A DNA stretch of 64,000 bases from an uncultured Chloroflexia bacterium (GCA_963734535.1 CAVTHS010000014.1:275654-339653); one strand, 5' to 3'. Counted from the first letter of the stretch, positions 18,657 through 28,906 are shown. The notes: generated by a model from the letters alone, not told the origin. Numbers and translations are program-made.

Positions 18657-20359
18657 GCTTCCCCTCGGACCTCGACATCGCGCGAGCCGTCACCCCGCGC
18701 CCGATCCGCGACGTGGCCGCCGAGATCGGCCTGGCCGACGAGGACCTGGAGCTGTACGGCCCAACGAAGGCGAAGGTGACGCTCGCTGCGATCGAGCGGC
18801 TGGAGGCCGCCAACGCGCGCGGCAAGTACGTGCTGGTGACCGCGATCACGCCGACGCCGCTCGGCGAGGGCAAGACGACCACCACGATCGGCCTGACCCA
18901 GGGGCTCAACCGGATCGGGGTGCGCGCCGCGGCCGCCATCCGCCAGCCGTCGCTGGGCCCGGTCTTCGGGATCAAGGGCGGGGCCGCCGGCGGGGGATAC
19001 AGCCAGGTCATCCCGATGGAGGACTTCAACCTCCACCTGACCGGCGACGTGCACGCGATCGGGGCGGCCCACAACCTCGCCGCGGCGTTCCTCGACAACA
19101 GCCTCCACCACCGCAACCCGCTCGGGATCGACCCGCTCGCGGTCCTCTGGCCGCGGGTCGTCGACATCAGCGACCGCGCCCTGCGCAGGACGATCATCGG
19201 CCTCGGCGGCCGCGAGGGCGGCGTGCCGCGCGAGACCGAGTGGCAGATCACGGTTGCGTCGGAGGTGATGGCGATCCTCGCGCTGGCCGGGAACCTGCGC
19301 GACCTCCGCGCCCGCCTGGGCCGGGCGGTGCTCGCGACGACCACGGCGGGCGCGCCCGTGACCGCGGAGGACCTGCGGGTCGCCGGGGCGATGGCCGTCC
19401 TGCTGCGGGATGCGCTCAAGCCGAACCTGCTCCAGACGCTCGAAGGCGGGGCCGCCTTCGTCCACTGCGGGCCGTTCGCGAACATCGCCCATGGCAACAG
19501 CTCGATCCTCGCCGACCGGCTGGCGCTCGCGACCCACGAGATCGTCTGCACGGAGGCCGGCTTCGGGGCCGACATGGGCGCCGAGAAGTTCTTCGACATC
19601 AAGTGCCGCGCATCGGGCCTGAAACCGGATGCGGCCATCGTGGTCGCGACCGTCCGGGCGCTCAAGATGCACGGCGGCGTCGGGAAGATCGTCGCGGGCA
19701 AGCCGCTCGACCCGGCGCTCCTCGAGGACAACCCGGAAGCCGTTCGCCGGGGGGCGGCGAACCTCGCCGCGCACATCGAGATCGTCAGGACGTACGGGAT
19801 CCCGGTCGTCGTGGCGATCAACAGCTTCCCGACCGACACGGACGCCGAGGTCGCCGCGATCCGCGAGGTGGCCCTCGCCGCCGGGGCGCGAGACGCGGTC
19901 GTTACGACGCACTTCTCCGACGGCGGGCGCGGGGCCGAGGAGCTGGCCCGGGCGACGTGGGCGGCGGCCACATCGGGCGAAGCGGACTTCAAGTACCTCT
20001 ACCCCGACGATCTTCCGCTGCGCGAGAAGATAGAGGCGATCGCGCTTCGCATCTACGGCGCGAATGGCGTGGACGAGCTGCCCGCCGCGACGAAAGCCCT
20101 CACCCTCTACGAAGAGCTCGGGTTCGGGCACCTGCCGATCTGCATGGCCAAGACGCAGTATTCGCTCAGCCACGACCCGGCGCTCAAGGGGAGGCCGCGC
20201 GGCTTCCGGCTCCCGATCCGCGAGGTTCGCCTGGCCGCCGGCGCCGGGTTCATCACGCCGCTGGCAGGCGAGATGCGGACGATGCCGGGGCTGCCGTCGC
20301 GCCCGGGCGGCGAGAACATCGACATCGACGCCGAGGGGAACGTGGTCGGGCTCTTCTAG
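18653..20359 (+). CDS. fhs: formate--tetrahydrofolate ligase
   Basis: TPLGEGKTT, GIKGGAAGGGYSQV, GPFANIAHG, TEAGFGADMGAEKF, TMPGL. Confidence 0.98.
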   Translation: MSFPSDLDIARAVTPRPIRDVAAEIGLADEDLELYGPTKAKVTLAAIERLEAANARGKYVLVTAITPTPLGEGKTTTTIGLTQGLNRIGVRAAAAIRQPSLGPVFGIKGGAAGGGYSQVIPMEDFNLHLTGDVHAIGAAHNLAAAFLDNSLHHRNPLGIDPLAVLWPRVVDISDRALRRTIIGLGGREGGVPRETEWQITVASEVMAILALAGNLRDLRARLGRAVLATTTAGAPVTAEDLRVAGAMAVLLRDALKPNLLQTLEGGAAFVHCGPFANIAHGNSSILADRLALATHEIVCTEAGFGADMGAEKFFDIKCRASGLKPDAAIVVATVRALKMHGGVGKIVAGKPLDPALLEDNPEAVRRGAANLAAHIEIVRTYGIPVVVAINSFPTDTDAEVAAIREVALAAGARDAVVTTHFSDGGRGAEELARATWAAATSGEADFKYLYPDDLPLREKIEAIALRIYGANGVDELPAATKALTLYEELGFGHLPICMAKTQYSLSHDPALKGRPRGFRLPIREVRLAAGAGFITPLAGEMRTMPGLPSRPGGENIDIDAEGNVVGLF

Positions 20360-20895
20360 CCGGGCTGCTCCTCCGCGCCCTCGTCGGCACTCGGGAGTTC
20401 CGGGTCGTGCGCGACCTCCAGGTCAGCCACATCGGCGGCGAAGCGGGAGCCGGGCTCGAACGGGTCGCCCGCCAGGTCGCGCCAGGGTCCCAGCAGCAAG
20501 GCGAGCTCCGATTCCCGGAGCTGGTCCGCGAGGACAACGCCGTACGCTGCGTCGAGGACCACCTGCAGTGCCCCGAGGCGCGGGCCGATCGACGAAGCGA
20601 GCTCGCTCGTGCCGGCGACCCCGGCCGGGAACCAGTGCTGTGCGCTCCCGGCCCAGTGCTCGACCTCCCGGCCGATCGCGCGGATCGCGTCAAGGCGGCC
20701 CGCGTGGCGCGCACGCTCTCGGAGCTCCAGGCGGAGCTCCGCGCGGGCGACGACCTGCGGGTCGAGCGCGTCGGTGCCGACCACGCCCCCGCCTGCTGCC
20801 CCGAGCGCGACGATCTCGGGCGTGTCGAGCCGCTCGAGCGCCTCGAGGAATCGCTCCGCCGCGGGACCCTGCGGGCCGTATTCGCGATGGGTCAT
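20356..20895 (-). CDS. hypothetical protein
   Basis: 179-aa ORF with globular composition; no family recognised. Confidence 0.6.
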   Translation of the reverse strand: MTHREYGPQGPAAERFLEALERLDTPEIVALGAAGGGVVGTDALDPQVVARAELRLELRERARHAGRLDAIRAIGREVEHWAGSAQHWFPAGVAGTSELASSIGPRLGALQVVLDAAYGVVLADQLRESELALLLGPWRDLAGDPFEPGSRFAADVADLEVAHDPELPSADEGAEEQPG

Positions 20896-20917
20896 CGGTC
20901 AGCGGCCTGAGCCGGGC

Positions 20918-21145
20918 CTAGAGGGCCGTCGAGAGGAACAGGCAGGCCGCGACGACGAGGCCCGCCATGATCCCGAGGAGCCCGGCGCCCCAGGCGGCCC
21001 AGTCGACGGGCCCGAGCGGGGCGCCCTGCGCGTGGTCACCGTGCGCCGCGTCCCCGTGGAGGTCGTCGCCGTGGGTCTGACCGTGGGAGGTATCGCCCGC
21101 GCGGGCGCCGAGGGCATCGTCGGTGGCGTGCGTGGTCTCGTTCAT
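20918..21145 (-). CDS. small membrane protein with His/Asp-rich N-terminus
   Basis: MNETTHA..SHGQTHGDDLHGDAAHGDH followed by one hydrophobic helix; GAGG RBS. Confidence 0.55.
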   Translation of the reverse strand: MNETTHATDDALGARAGDTSHGQTHGDDLHGDAAHGDHAQGAPLGPVDWAAWGAGLLGIMAGLVVAACLFLSTAL

Positions 21146-21218
21146 CCAGGTCCTCGTGGCCGGCAGCGCGGGCCGATCGGTTCCATTGTCGCACCCGGCG
21201 TCGTATCGTTCGGCGACC

Positions 21219-21890
21219 ATGCTGACGTTCGTCCTGACCCGGCATGGCCTGACGGACCGCTCCGACCCGGAGCAGCACCTCGGCCAGCAGATCGACATCG
21301 GGCTCTCCCTTGCGGGACGCGCCCAGGCGGCGGCGCTCGCCGGGCGGATCGGCGCCGAGCACTTCGACCGGATCATCGCGAGCCCGCTCCTCCGTGCCCG
21401 GGAGACGGCGCGCGCGGTTGCGGGCGATCGAACCGTCGAGCTGGACGGGCGCCTCGCCGAGATGGACTACGGGCTCTGGGAAGGGCTCACCTACGAGCAG
21501 ATCGACGCGACCGACGCGGACCTCCGCGCACGCTGGGTCGCGGATCCGGCGGGCCTCCGCTGTCCCGACGGCGAGTCCGGTGACGACGTCGCCGCGCGAG
21601 CGCGGGCATTCCTCGACGATCTGCTCGCCTGGGCGGCGCCCGCGACCGAGGGACAGCAGATCGTCCTGGCGGTCGCGCACAGCTCGTTCAACCGCGTGCT
21701 CCTGTGCGTGGCGATGGGCGTCCCGGTGCGCGACTATCGCCGGCGATTCGCGCAGGGGCAGGGCAACCTGACCGTGATCCGCTGGCCGTCCGGGGCACGG
21801 ATCGCCGACGGAAGGCTGCTCGTCGCGAACGACACGTCGCACCTGGCATTGCGGGGCCAGTCGCCATGGGAGCTGGCACCCGGGGCGTGA
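21219..21890 (+). CDS. histidine phosphatase family protein
   Basis: LTRHG, SPLLRARETA, EMDYGLWEG, VAH. Confidence 0.9.
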   Translation: MLTFVLTRHGLTDRSDPEQHLGQQIDIGLSLAGRAQAAALAGRIGAEHFDRIIASPLLRARETARAVAGDRTVELDGRLAEMDYGLWEGLTYEQIDATDADLRARWVADPAGLRCPDGESGDDVAARARAFLDDLLAWAAPATEGQQIVLAVAHSSFNRVLLCVAMGVPVRDYRRRFAQGQGNLTVIRWPSGARIADGRLLVANDTSHLALRGQSPWELAPGA

Positions 21891-22252
21891 TGTCCTGCGC
21901 GGGACGTCGGCGGTTGTCCTGGTCCGCGGGGCGCGCCCGGCTCCGCCCGGGCGCGGCTTCGGGGCGACTCCCGCAGCCGACGCCCTGGCTTGGGGCCCAG
22001 GGGCGACTTCGGGGCGACTCGGCTTGCCCGACGGGCACGGCGTTGCCGGCGCTGCAACAAACCTGCCTCGCAACCGCTGACTGAGGCTTGAAACGGGCGG
22101 TTTGTTGCTCGTGGCGCAACGAAAGGCCGCTGCGCACCCTGTTCTGCGCCCGGCGTGCTGCGTTGTTGATCCGACGTGCCCGCTTTGTTGAATGGCGTGC
22201 AACGCGTGTTCGCAGGCGCCGCGACGCGTGGCTGGCCCGGCTCTGCCCGGTG

Positions 22253-22915
22253 CTAGCCCTCGCGGCGCCGCCCGGGGAAGGGCCGCCCGAGACGCAGCCA
22301 GATGAACAGGACGACGCCGACCACCACGATCAGGGCGATCAGCAGGTCGAATGGCTGGAGCGCGTGCCGGATGTCGACCCATCGCTCGCCCAGCTGCACA
22401 CCGGCCCACACCAGGACGGTCGACCAGATGAATGCGCCTGCCGTCGAGTAGAGCACGAAGGACCGGATCGGCATGCGGGCAACACCGGCAGGAAAGCTGA
22501 TGAACGTCCGGACGATCGGCAGCAGCCGGCTGAAGAACGCGGTCTGTGCGCCCCACCGGGAGAAGAATCGGTCGGCGATCTCGATCTCGTGCGGCCGGAT
22601 CAGGAGGTACTTCCCGTAACGCTCCAGGAATGGACGGCCGCCCCAGGCCCCGATCGCGTAGGCGATGAGTGATCCCAGCGTGTTCCCGAGCGTGGCGACC
22701 ACCACGACGATCCAGAAGCTCCACGCGCCGTGCGTCAGCGGTTCGATCTTCGTCGGGTCGGAGACGAGGAAGCCGGCGAACGGGAGGATCAGCTCCGACG
22801 GGAGCGGGATCATCGCCGACTCGATCGACATGGCGAGCAGGACCCCGAGATAGCCGACCGCGCCGTACAGCGACGAGAGGAACGGGATGACGATCTGGTC
22901 GATGAAGGCAAGCAT
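22253..22915 (-). CDS. DedA family membrane protein
   Basis: ESAMIPLPSELILPFAG, FFSRLLPIVRTFISFPAG. Confidence 0.93.
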   Translation of the reverse strand: MLAFIDQIVIPFLSSLYGAVGYLGVLLAMSIESAMIPLPSELILPFAGFLVSDPTKIEPLTHGAWSFWIVVVVATLGNTLGSLIAYAIGAWGGRPFLERYGKYLLIRPHEIEIADRFFSRWGAQTAFFSRLLPIVRTFISFPAGVARMPIRSFVLYSTAGAFIWSTVLVWAGVQLGERWVDIRHALQPFDLLIALIVVVGVVLFIWLRLGRPFPGRRREG

Positions 22916-22967
22916 CCCGCGGAGGATACGCGAGGCGCGGGGTCGGACGCCGACGGAAGGCGCCGCA

Positions 22968-23041
22968 CGACGACCGGCCCGAACGCCGACGGGAGGCGGC
23001 AGGCACCGCGACGACCGGCCCGAACGCCGACGGGAGGCGGC
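22968..23041. repeat. 33-bp direct repeat x2, period 41 bp, in the dedA-hutH divergent spacer
   Basis: CGACGACCGGCCCGAACGCCGACGGGAGGCGGC at 22968 and 23009. Confidence 0.8.
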
Positions 23042-23118
23042 CGGCGCCGCGACGGTCGGAAGCGGCTGGCGCCGACCCGCCCGGATCGGCACCGGGCCGC
23101 GCGGCTATGCTCGACGAG

Positions 23119-24867
23119 ATGACGCCGCACGCCCGTCCCGGACCGTCCCCGCGAGACCGTGACCACCCGCCCGGACCGCACCGAGCGCCCGACGCCGCCG
23201 GAGCCGACGACGTCATCCTGACCGGCGCCGACCTGACGATCGACGACGTGGAGGCGGTCGCGCGCGGCGGCACCCCGGCGCGGCTCGACGTCCATGCCCG
23301 CGCCCGGATGGACGAGGCGCGCGCCGTCGTCGAGCGGCTGGTCGCCACCGGCGAGGTGGTGTACGGGATCACGACCGGTTTCGGCGACCTCGCGACCACG
23401 TACATCGCGCCGGTCGACGCACGGAAGCTCCAGGAGAATCTCCTGGTGAGCCACGCGGTGGGCGTCGGCCCGCCACTGCCACGCGACGTGGTTCGCGCGA
23501 TGCTGCTGCTGCGGGCCAACACGCTCGCGCTCGGCCACTCCGGCTGCCGGCCCGTGCTCGTCGACCGGCTGCTCGCGTTCCTCGGCGCGGGTATCCACCC
23601 GGTCGTGCCGTCGCAGGGAAGCGTCGGGGCGTCGGGCGACCTCGCGCCGCTGGCGCATCTCGCCCTGCCGCTCATCGGCCGCGGCGAGGTCGAGATGGGC
23701 GGCCAGGTGATGCCGGCGCTCATGGCGCTCCGCGAGACCGGGATCGAGCCGCTCACGCTCGAGGCCAAGGAGGGCCTCGCGCTCCTCAACGGGACGCAGC
23801 TGATGAGCGCGCTCGGCGCACTCCTGCTCGCGGACGCCGACCGCCTTGCGCGAACCGCATCGGTGGCGGCGGCCCAGAGCGTCGAGGCGCTGCTCGCAAC
23901 CGACGTCCCGTTCGCCGCGGCCTACCAGCTCGCCCGGCCGCACCCGGGCCAGGTCGCGGTCGCCGCCGAGCTTCGTCATCTCCTCCGTGACTCGGGCCTG
24001 ATGGCGTCCCACCACGGGTCGGGCCACAAGGTCCAGGACCCGTACTCGCTCCGTTGCGTGCCGCAGGTCCACGGGGCGATCCGCGACGCGCTCGACTACC
24101 TGCGCCGGGTGCTCGACGTCGAGCTGAACTCCGCCACGGACAACCCGCTGGTCTTCCCCGAGGGCGGCGCGGCCGGCGCGGACGTCGCGGCGACCGGCGG
24201 CGGACTCGTGATCAGCGGTGGCAACTTCCACGGAGAGCCAATCGCGCTCGCGCTCGACTTCGCGAAGCTGGCGATCGCCGAGCTCGGTGCGATCTCCGAG
24301 CGACGGATCGCGCTCCTCGTCGATGGGCGCCTCAACGGGGGCCTGCCGCCGTTCCTCGCCCCGGCGAGCGGCCTCAACTCGGGGATGATGATCCTCCAGT
24401 ACACGGCGGCGGCGCTTGCGTCAGAGAACAAGGTGCTGGCTCACCCGGCGTCGGCCGACTCGATCCCGACCTCCGCGAACCAGGAGGACCACGTCTCGAT
24501 GGGGGCCATCGCCGGTCGCCACGCTCGCGAGGTGCTCTCGAATGTCGAGCAGATCCTCGCGCTGGAGCTGCTGGTCGGGGCGCAGGCTCTGGATCTCCGG
24601 CTCGCGATGGCCGGGTCGACGATCGCTGATCCGGGCGCGGTGGCGGACGCGGGCGTGGGGCCGGCCCCGCCCGCCAAGGCCGCCAACGTGCCGGCCGCCG
24701 GACGAGGAGTGGCCGAGGCGCACCGACGAATCCGCTCGGTCGTGGCGCCGCTCGTCGCGGACCGCGAGATGGGTGCGGACATCGCGGCCGCGATCGCGCT
24801 CGTCCGCGGCGGCGCGCTCGCGGACCTTGTCGACGCGCACGACACGTACGGATCCGGGACCGGGTAG
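23119..24867 (+). CDS. hutH: histidine ammonia-lyase
   Basis: YGITTGFG, GSVGASGDLAPL (MIO), VQDPYSLRC, GGNFHG, QEDHVSMG. Confidence 0.95.
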   Translation: MTPHARPGPSPRDRDHPPGPHRAPDAAGADDVILTGADLTIDDVEAVARGGTPARLDVHARARMDEARAVVERLVATGEVVYGITTGFGDLATTYIAPVDARKLQENLLVSHAVGVGPPLPRDVVRAMLLLRANTLALGHSGCRPVLVDRLLAFLGAGIHPVVPSQGSVGASGDLAPLAHLALPLIGRGEVEMGGQVMPALMALRETGIEPLTLEAKEGLALLNGTQLMSALGALLLADADRLARTASVAAAQSVEALLATDVPFAAAYQLARPHPGQVAVAAELRHLLRDSGLMASHHGSGHKVQDPYSLRCVPQVHGAIRDALDYLRRVLDVELNSATDNPLVFPEGGAAGADVAATGGGLVISGGNFHGEPIALALDFAKLAIAELGAISERRIALLVDGRLNGGLPPFLAPASGLNSGMMILQYTAAALASENKVLAHPASADSIPTSANQEDHVSMGAIAGRHAREVLSNVEQILALELLVGAQALDLRLAMAGSTIADPGAVADAGVGPAPPAKAANVPAAGRGVAEAHRRIRSVVAPLVADREMGADIAAAIALVRGGALADLVDAHDTYGSGTG

Positions 24868-24967
24868 CAGGGTCCGCGGAGCCGACCCCGAGGCCGCACC
24901 CCGAGGCCGCACCCCGAGGCCCATGGGCGCGACTCCGTGGGCGCGGCCCCAGCGCGGAGGCCGGGCT

Positions 24968-25693
24968 TCAGCGGCGGCGACAGCTCCCGAGTGCACGCAC
25001 GGCGGCCGCGGTCACCAGCGTCACCGTGAGCGTCCGCCACGTCCAGCCGAACCCGCCCGGGTCGTCCGGCCCGGCTACGAGCGTGCTTCCGTCGGCGGGG
25101 CCGAGCCGGATCAGCGGCACCCACGCGGTGAGCTCGAGGATTCGCTCGTCGGGCGCGCGCCACGGCAGGTCGCCGATCGCGGTACCCGGCAGGGCCATCG
25201 ATCGGACGAGCAGCGGGATGATTCGTGCCCGCACCGCCGGATCCAGGATGTCCGCCGCGTGCGCCGCGAACGGCGGGCGGGCGGGGAGGAGGACCTCGAC
25301 CCCAGGGTTGGCAACCAGGTTCCGATACCAGAGGGTGGATGGACCGTAGCCGGCAAGCACCCACGCGGCGCCGTCCTCGACGAGGTAGCCGAGCGGTGTC
25401 GGGCGGCGCAGGCCGCTCTTCCGGCCGGTCGTGGTGAGCAGCAGCTGCCAGCCCGTCAGCGGGTTCCCCAGCCAGGCCGCGAGGCCCGCCCGGTGGAACG
25501 GCACGACCGCGTACCGGTTCGCGTAGCGGAACGCCACCCGGCTTGCGCGCGAGAGGGCGCCGACCACGCCGATCTCGTCGGGAGGCTGTGGCAGGGACGG
25601 GAATTCGGATGCCGCCCACGAATCCTCCGCCGCGGGGGCCGCGGGGGCCCCAGGGATCACGGCGATCTCGATCGCCTCGACCGTCGCTGACAT
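24968..25693 (-). CDS. deazaflavin (F420)-dependent nitroreductase family protein
   Basis: LLTTTGRKSGLRR..PL, WYRNLVANP. Confidence 0.8.
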   Translation of the reverse strand: MSATVEAIEIAVIPGAPAAPAAEDSWAASEFPSLPQPPDEIGVVGALSRASRVAFRYANRYAVVPFHRAGLAAWLGNPLTGWQLLLTTTGRKSGLRRPTPLGYLVEDGAAWVLAGYGPSTLWYRNLVANPGVEVLLPARPPFAAHAADILDPAVRARIIPLLVRSMALPGTAIGDLPWRAPDERILELTAWVPLIRLGPADGSTLVAGPDDPGGFGWTWRTLTVTLVTAAAVRALGSCRRR

Positions 25694-25820
25694 GCCCGCA
25701 CGATTGCTCGCGACGGCGAGCCCGCCAAGGGCCTTTCGGACGGTTTCGGGCGTCGCCAGGGACCGGCGACGTGCGTTCCCCACGCCAGTCGGGCACGGCA
25801 TGGCGCGCTACCCTTCACGC

Positions 25821-26626
25821 GTGGACCGGATCCGGATCGTGGACGTAACCGACGCGACGACCTTCGGCCTGCTCCCACCGTGCGCAGATCCGGCGTTCGA
25901 CCACCGGACATGCGACTACTGGGAGGATCGAGACCGCGGCTCGAAGGCGCAGCCGTCCCGGCTGGCTCCAGGCCACGGCCGTGCCCGGCGCCGCCGCGGG
26001 CCGGGGCGGAACCGTGCAGTCCCAGGCTTCGATGAACCCGTTTGCCCCGGCTTCCGCGGAGCGGCCAGCCAACCCCTTCGCCCCGTCGCCGGTCCCGTCA
26101 GTTGGGCTCGAATCCATTCGCACTCGATGACCCTGACGCGGACGACTCCAATCCGTTCGCACCCTCTCGACCGCAGCGCGCGGGCGTCCCGGCCGGCAGT
26201 CCGCGCAAGCTGGGCCTGCTGGGGCGCGGGCTCGCGATCTTCGGCAGCTACGCGAAGGTGCTCGTGCTCGAAGCGGACGATGGCGACCAGCCCGTGGCCT
26301 ACGCCCAGTTCGGGCCGCTCTCCGCGTACCCCCGCGCACTCCGGCTTCGGGAGCTCTACCCACAGCTGCCCGACACGCCCCTCCCGGCGGTCATCACCTG
26401 CATCGCGACCGTCGACGACATGCGCGGCCGCGGGCTTGCGCTGCGCCTGGTCGCGGCGGTCTGCGAGGACCTCGCTGGCCGTGGCTTCTTCGCGGTCGAG
26501 GCGTACCCGGAGGCGAACGCGCGGCCCGACGCGACGAGCGCGGCCACGCCCGCGTTCTGGGTTCGGGCCGGCTTCCGGCTCGCCGTGGACGACGAGCGCT
26601 TCCCGGTAGTTCGCCGCGAGCTCTGA
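25821..26626 (+). CDS. GNAT-family acetyltransferase-like protein, frameshifted, with NPF repeats
   Basis: N-terminus in frame of ORF 25692 (C..CDYWE); C-terminus in ORF 26042 (YAQFGP, ITCI, RGRGLA, VEAYP). Confidence 0.7.
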
Positions 26627-26677
26627 AGGGCGAGCACAGGCGCGACCGCTCTTGACAGATGGTCGTACCATCGTGGC

Positions 26678-26989
26678 ATGAACGGTCGGACCACTGGTCG
26701 TACCCGGCGTCGCGTCGTGCGCGAGAATGCGGCGCCCTACGGGGTCGGGACCGTCGACAAGGTCTCGATCAGCCTGCCGCCCGGGCTGGTCGCGCGCGCC
26801 CGCGCGCAGGCCGACCGCGAGGAGTCGTCCCTGAGTGCTGTCGTTGCGGCGGCGCTTCGGGAGCAGTTCGACCGGGAGGACCAGGCGCGGCTGGATGCCG
26901 CCCTCGACGCCGACCGCGAGGAAGGGATTCGAGCCGCCGAGGCCTTCCTGCCGTATTCGGCGGCCCTGTTCGCCGAGGCGGAGTGGTGA
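26678..26989 (+). CDS. ribbon-helix-helix antitoxin
   Basis: KVSISLP..L strand-helix, acidic C-terminus, GTGA overlap with toxin. Confidence 0.75.
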   Translation: MNGRTTGRTRRRVVRENAAPYGVGTVDKVSISLPPGLVARARAQADREESSLSAVVAAALREQFDREDQARLDAALDADREEGIRAAEAFLPYSAALFAEAEW

Positions 26990-27357
26990 CCATCGGGCGT
27001 GCCGCCCCGCAGGCCGGACCCCGAAAGGGCGACATCTTCGTGGTGGAGTTCCCGGCCCTCGGGGGTCACGTCCAGGCGGGGCGGCGACCCGCGGTGGTCG
27101 TCCAGGCGGACCGGTTCTCCCGTTCGGGAACGGTCGTGCTGTGTCCGATCACGAGCGCGCCTCCGCCGGACGACCACCCCCGGCCGCACCGCGTGCCGAT
27201 CACACCGGCCGAGACCGGGCTGGATCGAGCGGGCTGGGTGAAGGCCGACCAGCTCCAGACGATCCCGACTGGCATGCTCCATGGACCGGTCGCACGCCTC
27301 GCGCCGGCGGCGATCAACCGGCTCGACGTGGCGCTTCGGTTCGTGCTGGACCTCTGA
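26986..27357 (+). CDS. PemK/MazF family toxin
   Basis: KGDIFVV, G..Q.GRRPAVVVQ, LCPITS, DQLQTI. Confidence 0.9.
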   Translation: MTIGRAAPQAGPRKGDIFVVEFPALGGHVQAGRRPAVVVQADRFSRSGTVVLCPITSAPPPDDHPRPHRVPITPAETGLDRAGWVKADQLQTIPTGMLHGPVARLAPAAINRLDVALRFVLDL

Positions 27358-27479
27358 TCACCCCGCGCCGCGCAGCCAGGCGCGCCCCGTCGGGCCTCGT
27401 CGCCGCGAGCCGCAACGTCGCCGACGCCGCGAGCCCCGACGTCGCCGACGCCGCGGTCCGCCCGTCGCCCGGTCCGACC

Positions 27480-28805
27480 TCAGCCGAGGCCGCGTCCCCG
27501 AAACGCGTTCGCGTGCGCCGGGAAGCCCTCGTGGTCGGCCAGCGCGATCGTGGGCCCCGCAAGCTCGGCAAGCGCGGCCGCGGACAGTCGCGCGATCGAG
27601 GTGGTCGTCTGGAACGTCCGAGCCGTCACGCCGCCGTTGAGCTGGGCGTAGCCCCCGGTCGGGAGCGTCGCGGGGATCCCGATCGTGTAGCTGCTCGCAC
27701 CGATCGGGGTGTCCTGGCCGAGCAGCGCCTCGCCGGCGTAGCGGAGCGATCGGAGCGTCGCCTCCGTATCGGCCGTGGCGACCTGGCAGTGCTCGGCCGC
27801 GTAATCGTTCGCGAACGCGATGGCGCCGTCCATCGTGTCGAACAGGAGCACGCCGCCGAGATCGCCCAGGACGGCCGTCGCGTACGTCCGGCGCGGCTCG
27901 GGCAGCGAGGCGACGGCCGCAGCCACGGCAGGCTCCAGGGCGGCGACGAGCGCCGTCGAATCCGTCACGAGCAACGCGGCCGAGTCCGCTCCGTGCTCCG
28001 CCTCGTTCACGAGGTCGAGCGCGAGGCGCCAGGGATCTGCGGTGGCGTCCGCGATCAGCAGGCTCTCCGATGGACCGCACAGCATGTTCGTCGCCGTGCC
28101 GAAGCGCTGCGCCAGCACCTGCGCCGCCGTCACCGCGGGCCCCCCCGGCCCGACGATCTTGCGTACCCGTGGGAACATCGCCGTCCCGAACGTCAGCGCG
28201 GCGATCCCGGCGGGGCCGTTTGCCCGGAAGACGTTCGCCAGGCCAAGCTCGTGGGCAGCCGCCAGCGTCGCCGGGTCGACCTCGCCGGTACCGGGCATCG
28301 GGGGGACGAGCACCATGATCTCCGGCACGCCGGCGACGACGGCCGGGGTGCCGATCTGGCAGAGCACCGACGGGAAGCTTCCCTTGCCGGCGGGCACGTA
28401 GAGCCCGGCCGAGGGGATCGGGGCGACCTGCTCGCCGACGAGGAAGCCGGGCCGGACTTCCTCGCGCCAGCCCGCGGCCGTCGCCCGGACCTGGGCCTCG
28501 TTGAAGAGCCGGCTGTTCGCGATGGCCTCGCGGATGCCGGCCAGCAGCTCCGGGCCGATCGCGGCGTGGGCGGCGGCCAGCTCCGCGGGCCGGACGCGGA
28601 GGTCGCCCGGAGCGATCGAGACGCCATCGAATCGCTCCGTCGCGTCCACGACCGCTCCGTCGCCGCGTGCCCGCACGTCGGCGAAGAGCCGCTCGATCGA
28701 CGCGACCAGCCCCGGCTCGAAGATCGCGGCGGTGGAGCGGGCGAGGAGGCGCGTCTGCTGGTCGGCGTCGAGGGTGGCCCAGCGGCGGACACTCAGGATG
28801 CGCAT
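27480..28805 (-). CDS. histidinol dehydrogenase-like protein (divergent active site)
   Basis: [32 protein letters not shown]. Confidence 0.8.
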   Translation of the reverse strand: MRILSVRRWATLDADQQTRLLARSTAAIFEPGLVASIERLFADVRARGDGAVVDATERFDGVSIAPGDLRVRPAELAAAHAAIGPELLAGIREAIANSRLFNEAQVRATAAGWREEVRPGFLVGEQVAPIPSAGLYVPAGKGSFPSVLCQIGTPAVVAGVPEIMVLVPPMPGTGEVDPATLAAAHELGLANVFRANGPAGIAALTFGTAMFPRVRKIVGPGGPAVTAAQVLAQRFGTATNMLCGPSESLLIADATADPWRLALDLVNEAEHGADSAALLVTDSTALVAALEPAVAAAVASLPEPRRTYATAVLGDLGGVLLFDTMDGAIAFANDYAAEHCQVATADTEATLRSLRYAGEALLGQDTPIGASSYTIGIPATLPTGGYAQLNGGVTARTFQTTTSIARLSAAALAELAGPTIALADHEGFPAHANAFRGRGLG

Positions 28806-28876
28806 TGCAGGAGCCTACCGGATCGCCGCGCGGGAACGCGAGCGCCGCGCTCGAGCCCAGCCGCGACTGCGCCACT

Positions 28877-28906
28877 CGGCGTGACACCGACCGGCGTGAC
28901 ACCGAC
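28877..28906. repeat. 15-bp perfect tandem duplication CGGCGTGACACCGAC
   Basis: Two adjacent copies between the hisD-like gene and hutU. Confidence 0.8.

Noticed and set aside
22945-23055. CRISPR array
   Set aside because: Only two full repeats, an 8-bp spacer, and no cas genes.
24885-24921. 13-bp tandem repeat ACCCCGAGGCCGC; similar GC microrepeats at about 27415-27456 and 35414-35510
   Set aside because: Short slippage-type repeats with no evidence of function.
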